NCBI GenBank assembly: GCA_976226885.1
Contig: OZ320317.1
Coordinates: 49,724,001-49,788,000, forward strand
Reading direction: 5' to 3'
DNA length: 64,000 nucleotides
From: Iphione sp. A-MEVVRFRX5
Taxonomy: Eukaryota
Position numbers and translations under genes: made by a program
The notes under the pieces: generated by a model
Database searches by the model: none
The model's input: only the letters and a program-made list of their open reading frames with translations
Told to the model about the DNA's origin: nothing
Part shown: one piece after another, positions 13,541 through 22,938 of the stretch
Position numbering within the stretch: position 1 is the stretch's first letter
How the letters are laid out: every line of letters starts with the position of its first letter

Positions 13541-13954
13541 TTAAAAATATCCTTTTTGCTATGGTCATAATTATTTGCTTGCAGTCAGAACGTTCGTATA
13601 CATCTATATGATAATGGTAACACCGTCACACGTGACTGTAATAATTCCATTGATAAATGACAACAAACAGAAATATTTATCAGCACTTCCTAGTTTGGTT
13701 TTTACGTGAAACGAACTCAGGGCGACGATTGAAGCTTTTTTGGCATGACATATACATACACGTACATGTATTTAAAAGCATGTCTACATACATGTATATC
13801 GTACACTAATATATTCTATTCGATGGATCTTAGCACTTGTTGCCCCTCCAGGTCAAAGCGATTAGGTCGCAAGATAAGAAAGCATATCACTAGGGTGATT
13901 TTCATGTAAATCCACAAGGGGTCTCTCCAGCTGGGGGCCACTTGTGGCGCCGCG

Positions 13955-14756
13955 TTACGGCCAACTGCAAGTACCAGACTCTTGATAGGGGATCTGGCCA
14001 TTGACCGGCACTGGGCTGGCCACATCTTGGCATGAGGTGTTGAAGCCCTCCTTGCCGAAGTTCTCCGCGTTCTCCTGTTCGGGCGACTTGTGACCAGGAC
14101 CCGTGTGGTGTAGAGGCCTTAGGGAAGGGACAGGTGGTCGGGGAGGGTAGGCCACACCGCCGGCGCCGCCGCCGTTCAGCAGCGGCGAGTGGATGGGCCC
14201 GAAGTCCTCGGAGGGCGGCGGAGGTGGTGGGAGCGGCATGCCATCGGGGTCGAGCTCGAAGTAATGCGGGCCGACACTTCCGTTCTCGCTCGGTGCAGTG
14301 AAATAGGTGTGGTCGTAGCTAGGGATGTGGGCGCTGTCGGGAGGGCCAAGCGGGCTGTGCGGCCCGGCGTGGTGATAGGCACCCTCACCATGAGGCCCAA
14401 ACATGGGTACTCCGCCCGATGGCACGATCATAGCCATCGTAGTGGTGTGCGACGACGATGATGAGGGGCCGGATGTAGTGGTAGGCGCCAACACGGCGTC
14501 GTCGGCTTCATTGACATTGGGAATCGACGGAAGCGGACGTAGTTCCATGTTTAGGTTATAGGCGTACTCGTTCTCTTGCTGTCGCAGATGGCTACCAGGA
14601 GAGAACTTTTTGTCCTTGTACTGGGCGTATTTTTTCTGCTCCATGGTGGAGAAGCCACTAGACCGCATGGTGGAATGACCTTCCTTGTAGTAAAGGTCGG
14701 ACGAAGGGGTTGCTGGATGTAGAGGACGGTCGCACGGTTGCTGCTGGCGACGCCTG
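13955..14756 (-). CDS. Terminal exon: cytoplasmic tail, Tyr- and Pro-rich
   Basis: Acceptor tctcttttcgtgtttttag|C AGG, phase 2, in frame with the 237-aa ORF 13955..14668. GC-rich coding-like composition. The end at TAA 13955 is less certain (see alternative terminal exon finding). Confidence 0.85.
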
Positions 14757-17700
14757 CTAAAAACACGAAAAGAGAAAACGCATCAGGGAAGTATCCGCCA
14801 TGTGGGACAATTCCACTAGCGACGCAGACGATATCTTCACAAACACATTATTTGACAATATGCATGGGGAAATACATGTACCACTGATGTAGCAAACTGT
14901 CGTTGAGTTACAATGCAAATGAAATTCTCGTTTCGTGAAACATGGTCATTTGTAAGTATGAGGCACAGGTACAAGAAAACGCGGTCTCAACAGGGAAATG
15001 CTTTGAGTTACATTTATATATTGTACTCTTCAGTGAACCATAGTACCAACAACACATGAGAATCATGACTAAAAACATTCTTGAGATTCATATTGAAACT
15101 ATTTCCTTGCATACGGGAATACATTAGACATTTATAGTATGATCTTAACTGTATTAAAAACCACCGATTCCGGGTGTTTCATATACACGCGTCATTATAA
15201 GCATGTATTTATGACATTTTACGACTATGATAAGTGTCATTCGTGTTTTCTTAAAACTTATGTTTATGTACAATAAGTTTATATATCAAGGAATCGTAGA
15301 TTTTCATGAAGCTTCCAGAGTAGGTGACGACAAGTATATGTGTTAACTCAGCCTCTGGTTGACGGTATTCTGCCCGATGCATGGTACCGTTTTTGTATAC
15401 TACTTTGATGAGTCCCCAAGTCGTATCCTCTTGACACATAGGTAAGTAGCTTAACCAATTGGACATTTTACTCTGGTATTTGACTCGGGGATGTCACTGA
15501 CTACCGATTCCTGTAACTATTGCTGCAAATCAAATCAGTCTCAGTCTGTTTATGTAAACCACGATGATGAAGATGATGAAAGCGATGACTAAGCATTCAT
15601 CCATTCATCCTCCTGTCATCAGCTATTCTGTGAAAATACTGTTAACATTTCATAGCCGGATATATTTCACAAACAACTACCTATATCAGCTAGCATATTC
15701 AGACATCAATACCATAACGTTACGCACATATCTCATTATGCAGATTGCAATTAAGACGATATAACCGATATGCTTAAATCACTTCCGCTTAATTCATAGC
15801 ATAACTCTTTTAATCAAATACTTTCACGTTTATAATTTAGAACGACATACATCCTCATTTATTGAAAATGACCAGTGCTCCCGGAAGGACACTTCCATAT
15901 CCTCAAGTATTCGAAAACCATATAGTGTATATTTATATATTTTAAGATACGCCTGTGAACTTTTCTTGTACATACCGCTTAATCATGACTAGTCCGACCG
16001 TCAGGATGAGGACACCTATCACCATGGCAATGGCTAATATGATGGTTATCAGGATTCCTGGCAGAAAAGAAAACGTTTGTAATATGTCATGTCTTATCTG
16101 AGCATATCGAAAGAGTTATTGGGATGTCCAGTTGGACGGTGCGAAATTTTTTGAGTCATATAGTGTATAAACAAGTCTGAGTCATAAAAAAACATGGCTT
16201 CAATTGCGATCAACTTAAATACTGATTTTCTACTGTGTTGTCAGTAATATATAGTATATTTCTAAACCGTTGAATGGTAATGGGCAGGAATTGTCAAGAT
16301 TGTTGAAAGTATTAAGAAACACGCACACATCTATAGCTCAACGTTTACAATTATATAACCCCTCTCCATTTATTATTCAACGCGTTATGATACTAACCAA
16401 CAGGTAGTGAAGGCGCGTCTTCCGAACTGGACGGGTACGCCACATCATCAGGCGCTGAAGTGTTTAAGTCAGGAAATTGTACGGATTAACCAGGATATCT
16501 ACTACAATATTTCAACTTCAAGAGAAAAAAACGTGACGTTGCTACAAATCCCCTTTAGGCTATGGGTAAAAGAACACGAGACGGCGCTCAATGATGTGAG
16601 TATCTATGGCGCCAAGAAGCTCAAGTTGCCCCATTCATCTTGCGCTAGGCAGCTAGCTTGAATACAGTGGCGCCATCTGTCGTTTGGATCACGTACAAAA
16701 TGTCATTTTCACTAAATGCAGTGCACGCATCGCTTAAGCGTATGTTATTTGCATGTGAAAGCTCAAGTGCATTTGCCCATATAAGCACATGTGTGTTCTA
16801 ATTGATCCGAATACTCCATTAGCTCGAAATCTTGTACATACACAATATACGCATGCGTGCATGTGTGTGTGGTGTCTGTGAATAAAGCATTTGTAGACCA
16901 GAACGGAAATATTAAGGGATATTGTTTTGTTTTATTCCATAGATTCAACAAAACTACTTTAAATTACACCTGGACTAAACTACTGGTAATCTCATTGAAA
17001 TTTATGAATTCCCGAAGGTTATATTCTATCTACCGTCTCCGAAGTTACCAATTCCTATTAGCAAAATACATAATGCATGTATGTGACTCACGGTGAGGAC
17101 AGGTGCCGACGTCGCCCGTCCACGCACTCTCTCGGCACGTGACCTCCCAAGTCTCGCCGGTAGCTACACAGCCGATGGTGAGTACCTGACCATTGCGCTT
17201 CATCCACGTGTTGATCGGTGGCTCAAACTCCGAACAACCGATCACTAGGAGAACACATGAGGATAAGTTAAGTTCAGACCCAGTCTTTACATATTCGCCG
17301 TCTTAGGCTATATTATGTGCTTTGGAGAGTATGTTTGGTATGTCAAAAAAGCAATAATTTGTATACTGAATGCAATGGAAGTTATAAAGGTTTTCGACAC
17401 ACACTGGGAAAGATGAACGGATAGAAAGGAATACCAGTACGTGTGTTATGAGCATATTATGAGCTGTATCTCCATAACTACATGTTATTGTATCCACTAA
17501 ATCTCCCTATAAGCTGAGAGACTTTGGGCTACAATCTGAATAAAAGTTTTTTTCTGCATTTGTATCAAAGAAAGTGCTCTAGCCGAAAAAAAAGTTTGAT
17601 TTTGTTGCTATTATAATCATACACGGATAAGCTTCCAATAAGTGGCTACTGTAAATCGTCCGGGAAGTCATTAGTTATCTTCGTGTATCGAACTAAATTG

Positions 17701-20127
17701 AGTTCGATATTATCTTTCTGGTTATACATACTTTCGTACATCAGCAGAAAGTAGCCGAAGTTGCCGCCCCTCTTGCCCTCGGCCACCTCAATCTGCACTT
17801 CGTTCGAGTCGGACACGTAGGCCGTGCTGAGTCGATCTCGACTCCCACACACGGCGAACGGCTTGTCTTTGCCTGGTTCCCGCAGGGTGGCGTATGTGTA
17901 GCACACCTCGGGCAGACCCAGGTGGGCCGTGGCGCTGCTACCCGCCGTTCCGCCGCTGAGGCCGCCGCCGGCGCCCGACGGCTGGTTGCGATGGCGGGTG
18001 GAGAGGGCGAAGTCGAGCAAGGTGATGTTGAGGCGTTGACCTGGTCGCGCTCGTAGAACCCACGGGCAGCTCTTGCGGCCACAGCCGGTCTCCTCCGTTA
18101 GTACGCTGGCGATGTAGCCACCCCGGGACTCGGCCTGGATATAGGTGGCATTGCGGCACGTTCGACATGTCGGGGTGTGCACTGAGAAAAAACCGCAAGC
18201 AGTTGGGCATTCATGCTATGAACAATTAGAAAGTTTTGTATAGGACCTGCGTTCGTATATCATGATGACATCGGTGAGACTGTGTAACACGGATGGGATT
18301 AACAGCATTAACTTTTTTTAAAACAAAGAAATTGGAATAATATCAATGTAAAACAGTCCGGGTACATATTGAGGACACACCAGTATTTCACACACCTCCA
18401 CAACATAGTACATGTATATGTTTACACGATTTAGTATTTCAAATTTATACTATCACCAGGAAAATTATCCAGAACTTGCTGAGGCTGTGAATGATTTTGG
18501 TAATAGCATAATCACAAAGCAGAGAAACGGGAATTACCATCATTTTTATGTGGCCAAATTGAACAATGAGTATTTAGAATTGTTTTTTCACATTTATATG
18601 ATATTATACAGCCCAAGGAAAGTGTTTGTGTAATGAAAATGATTGTCTTTACCACCAGCATTGTAGCCTATGGATGGAAAACCATAAAATAGGAACACTA
18701 TCCACTCATTAGTCTAATCAAAACATAGTTTATTTGCTTCCCATTTTCAATAATTGAGACTAAAGGAAGACCTACACTTCGGCCCGGTTTCCATACCTGC
18801 GGTGCTGTCCGTGTGCATTGACATGCGGTGAATTAGGTACTTATTGGTCTATAGGCAATCAGTGAGAGGTGTTCCATACCTGCGGCAATGTCTGTGTGCG
18901 TTGATGTGCGTTGATGTGTGTTGCTTGTTTTCAAACCCTGCCCGATAATTTCCCGCACACGCACACCAACGCACAGGAAACGCACGCAGAGCTCCACCGC
19001 ACCTCGCCGCATACCAACGCATGTAAGGAAACCGGGCCTTCTACTTCGTGCACTTTTACTTCTAGCCATGTTCTCATTTAGCGATTATGCCAAACTGCGC
19101 CACCTACCGGCGTCATTCTCGCATGACAAGATTAGTGCAATCAGTGTCACGAATACAACTCTTTATTTTCTCTGACCTTGATTCTTTTTCTCAGCCGAAC
19201 GGAATCTCATTATACAAGAATAGTAATATTTCCCGACGGTAACTGCGATAAAGCACTATGTCAAGCACGATGGTGATAGATCTACCTAATTCGCTTATAT
19301 AATATGGATATTTACACTACACATATAAAACGTTGCCTGAAAGTAGCACGGCCATGGGGAGGACTTCTCAGGGGTGTGAGATAGTTTTCAAGTGATATAA
19401 TTTCCATCCTTCCAAATGTTAATGTGAATACTTTTCAGATCTACTCATAACTGCATATATATTCAAAAGAGAACAAAAGAGAATACAAAGGAAAACATAC
19501 AAAAAACATGGCCCTACTTTTTAAAGAGCTGAATAGGAATATCTAATGCCTGCACTGAGGGTTGTCAGCCACTCTATACTTTGACCCCTCCCTCTGACTG
19601 GGGGAGGGGAGGGGTGGTGGTTTGGGGAGGAGTAGGATAGTCTGTGTGTGCATATGTGTGTGTGTGTGCCAAAGGCCTGAGGTCAGTCATGCAGAACCGA
19701 GGTTGTAAACCATCAGGGGTTGCAATCGCCAAAGGCGCTTGTTAAATCAAGAAAAAATCAATTCATGTAAACCTCTAAGATGGAACGTTTAATATTCATG
19801 TGAGTGGTTTTATCAGCAAAAATGTAGGAGGACATATGTTACCTGGAATGCATCCGTAGGAGGCCTTCAGATAGGTCTTAAAATCCTTGGGGCAGGGGTT
19901 GGCTCTGTCCAGCGTACTGTCGGGGATGCGTATCTCACACTTCCGGCGCCCAGAACAGCGGCTATCAAGATGCGGCAGCACGTCGGCCTCGCAGCCCACA
20001 TAACCGTAGTCACGTATGACGCAGCGGCCCAGCTCCATGCGGCCATACCTGGCCCTGTCCATGACGACCACCTCGTTGATGGAACAAGAGGCTCGGAATG
20101 TCTCCGCTTCGCAATATTCCTTGTCCC
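13955..20127 (-). CDS. Multi-exon gene (5'-incomplete): type I membrane receptor with SUEL-type lectin + CUB-like + sushi/CCP-like domains, TM helix and long Tyr/Pro-rich cytoplasmic tail. join(complement(19843..20127,17732..18181,17092..17244,16398..16454,15976..16057,13955..14756))
   Basis: All six exons have GT-AG boundaries, and the phases match (1-1,1-1,1-1,1-1,1-2,2-stop). Total 1829 nt = 2 nt + 609 codons including the stop, with no internal stop. Domain order is coherent for a cell-surface receptor. Domain names come from motif recognition, not from a database search. Confidence 0.88.
15976..16057 (-). CDS. Exon: transmembrane helix (GILITIILAIAMVIGVLILTVGLVMIKR)
   Basis: Acceptor ttttcttttctgccag|GA, donor AAG CG|gtatgt, 82 nt. 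About 25 uncharged hydrophobic residues followed by a basic stop-transfer KRRRR after splicing. Confidence 0.87.
16398..16454 (-). CDS. Exon: juxtamembrane stalk (PPDDVAYPSSSEDAPSLPVG)
   Basis: Acceptor acacttcag|CG, donor GTT G|gttagt, 57 nt, phase 1-1. Joins the sushi and TM exons in frame. Too short to appear in the ORF track. Confidence 0.75.
17092..17244 (-). CDS. Exon: sushi/CCP-like 4-Cys module
   Basis: Acceptor gtgttctcctag|TG ATC, donor CAC C|gtgagt, 153 nt. GCSEFEPP...TIGC...WEVTCRESAWTGDVGTCPH has four Cys and a Trp before the last Cys. Confidence 0.85.
17732..18181 (-). CDS. Exon: divergent CUB-like domain
   Basis: Acceptor ttttttctcag|TG CAC, donor GAA A|gtatgt, 450 nt. Contains GYIASVLTEETGCGRKSCPWVLRARPGQRLNITLLDF (CUB C-x-W-x-I-x-A-x-x-G-x-R-I-x-L/I pattern), VCGSRDR and a terminal FLLMYE strand. 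N-glycosylation sequons NAT and NIT. Confidence 0.9.
18781..19038. mobile_element. PIF/Harbinger-type MITE (258 bp) in the lectin-CUB intron
   Basis: TIRs GGCCCGGTTTCC...GGAAACCGGGCC and an identical 3-bp TSD (TTC) on both sides. Confidence 0.85.
19843..20127 (-). CDS. Exon: SUEL/galactose-rhamnose-binding lectin-like domain
   Basis: Acceptor ttttctttaaag|GG GAC, donor CCA G|gtaaca, 285 nt. Translation (G)DKEYCEAETFRASC...RARYGRMELGRC...GC...SRCSGRRKC...NPCPKDFKTYLKASYGCIP has the 8-Cys SUEL pattern with YGR and DPC/KYL-like motifs. Confidence 0.92.
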
Positions 20128-22697
20128 CTTTAAAGAAAAAAAAAACAATTTGGATTTTCTTAATTGAACGGTTAGTATGCATGAGTTGTGTATAACAACT
20201 CAAAGGAATTGACGTCTCAAACGTGTTTTTTTCATATACATGTAGGTATGCTTAGCGAATGCCAAGGTTCCTGAGTTGTAGTCCCTCTATTTCTAAATTT
20301 CTAAAAGTTTCTAAAAAACAGTATCTTCCATTTCATCTCATGTTAAATGCTTAATTAATACAGTTCTGGTTGCAGTTTTCAAATAAGGAATTCGCAAAAA
20401 AATGGAAAGTAACAATAGCATGAATTTTAATTATCTCTGAGATGTGAATCCTTCCAATAAAACAAGTTGTAAGGACAACCAAGCTGAGACTTTTGCAGTT
20501 ATCCAGGAGTTTTTTGTTATTCCCTTTAAAATAATTTTAAGGTGTGGTGCAATTGACTCTACCGTGATTTATCTTTGTTTATTCTATAAACATGAAATAT
20601 GGACGTAATTTCACAATTTCTCCTCATTACACCCCTCCCGTCTCTATAATTGCGAGTTCACACTACTGTTACGCGTAGAGAAAAGAATGACACAAGAAGT
20701 AGAAAAAAGTTTCTGCCTGATGAAGATCGCAATTTGCCTACACTACTCTCACCCTCTTGGCCGACAGAGCCCCGCTTCTTGTGCTCTTCGCCTAATGATA
20801 CGAACAGAGGTGCAGCCGACAATCCCACGTCACACAAAAACCTACTCAGCCAGTAACGAGCTACTCGCCTCTGTGTCTCAGCCGACCTCGAGCAGCCCAA
20901 GCCACAGGATGCGGCTCCGCAAGGCGCTCTGCTTGCTTGGAAACCCCCGAGTTCCTCCCCTCCAGCTACACCCAAAACGGCGCCTCTGTGGCGCCGCCTG
21001 TCTGATCAAAGCGACACCTCATGTTGACTGTGGAAACCGACACTGTGACGGCCCCTAGCGGATGATAGCGGCGGCAATTATTTCAAGCTTCGGATGTAAA
21101 GAACACGAACTCAGGTGGATGGCAGCATCGGCCCCTTTTAGAATGCATATGGACTAGGATCCTGCTTGATTCCGCATATATGTAACCATTTCTATAGTAA
21201 ATGTTTACACTCTGATTCAAGGGGAAATTCAAATAATCCATTTTCATGAAAGAACTGGCCACGACTGTTATATCGCCACTTTCGTTTCCTTTAACGAAGA
21301 AAAACTTACTTAAGACATCTACCGTAGGAAAATACCTATTATTCACTGCCTGTCACATGTGAGAACCCCTAACCGCAGTCGGTAGGGCACAAAAGACGGA
21401 ACCTTCTACCCATTGCCTTGCTTCCTTTTGAAGTCAATCTGGTCGGATAAGCAAGCATCTCTGGCACTCCTTCATGTACTGCTTCCAACAACACCTCAAC
21501 CCAGCTGACCGAGTTAATGCTCTGCATTGACACTAAGCTGCTCGCCAGCACCAATGCCAGGGGGGTGCGCTAGGTCGGCGCCGACCCAGGAGTCGCTCGC
21601 GACGAGATCAAACAAGCCGCCCCGGCCTTTGTTATCGATCTGGCGGGTGGGCCGATAGCCGGACAACCGAACGGCCAGCTTTCCGGTTAACTGTGAAAGG
21701 GGGGGGGGGGTTGGTAAGGCAGAGTTTCGGCCGAGCGTGTCAGGGCGGCCCACATCCTGGCTACTGGTCAGACTGTGTTTGCTAGCATTGACACCCACTG
21801 CCGAGGTGTCTGCACCGACCCGCTAGCAGTGGCGCCTCACGTACGTGCTAGACATACATAAGAAAGCAGCCCTTCGCTGAAGTCGGACAACCCGGCGTCG
21901 GCCGCCATCGAAGAAAAGCAGGAGAAATGCGATGCAAGTAGGATTACCGGGAATCATTGCCGACTATTTTACTGGACACGAGGGAACAGAAATAAATATT
22001 GTATTGGTGGCGATGTGATCAACAAGAAAGATCCTATATTTGTGCGGACTACACTCACCGTTTAAATTTGTCAACAATAAAAAACTGAAAACACTAAGTA
22101 CATGAAAAAGGTAACAAATACTAGTTCGATTTTTTTAAACAACATATGTCATGAAACACGTAAAGAGATAAAGTAGACTGTTGAACGTATTGATTTTCTC
22201 CTTTTTTTGCAGCCTATTGTTCTGGTCATCTCCGGCCACAGCGTTCCCCTCATACATATATACATGTACATGTACGTGCCTTATAATGTCCAACAGAAAC
22301 GAAAACACAATAATCAAGAGTGAAGGGAGGCCGTCTAATTTTCGCTGACGAATATCCTCGAGAATTGCTGTAGCCCTTTTTATACATACGGAGCGAATGT
22401 TCTTCTACGTGTTACGTTGGGCTTAACGCGACGATTTATTGGGTGCATCCAGCCAGGCGTTGCTAACAAGAAGTTTGTACCATGTTCATCGTCGTCGCAA
22501 CTAATTCTAGTTCAGCCTCATTATGTTTGTGTCCGCTCAGCAATAATAACCTAAGGGGTTGACCAACTAAATATGCCACATTTGTTTCACTCTACTTAGA
22601 GCTCTGGAACATTGCACCCTCGTCGAAGTGATAGAAGCGACGCCAACCCGTTTACTTATGCAGCGCCGGCAGACTTTGAGGCAGACGGGCGCCATAC

Positions 22698-22938
22698 TGG
22701 ATCCGGCTTGACTTCCGCTTCCGGCATGATATCGGCCGGGCGGCCGGGCGGCTGAGACGAGGGGCAATGTTTGCCGACAACAAAATGTCAGTTGATACGA
22801 CAAGGCGATGACGGTGGTCCGCGGCCCGGGAGACATTGGCCTAAGGGAAGTGGGGGACGTTCTGAAATCGACAGCACTGGCTACAGTGTCTCGGGTGATG
22901 CATGATGTGGCTAAGGCAAGGACTAAAGACAGCACCAT
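22698..22938 (-). CDS. Candidate first coding (signal peptide) exon of the receptor gene
   Basis: gccATGg Kozak context, then MVLSLVLALATSCITRDTVASA. Two phase-1 donors are compatible with the lectin exon: TCC A|gtatgg (exon end 22698) and ATA A|gtaaac (22656). Both donors are only moderate. Confidence 0.33.
22711..22724 (-). promoter_or_regulatory. Tandem ETS/GABP-like motif CCGGAAGCGGAAGT
   Basis: Direct consensus match inside the GC-rich candidate first-exon region. Confidence 0.3.

Noticed and set aside
22059-22084. 26-nt minus-strand unit with tgttttcag acceptor and ACG|gtgagt donor
   Set aside because: Needs a phase-2 upstream exon. The longer hydrophobic frame has an upstream stop and no ATG.
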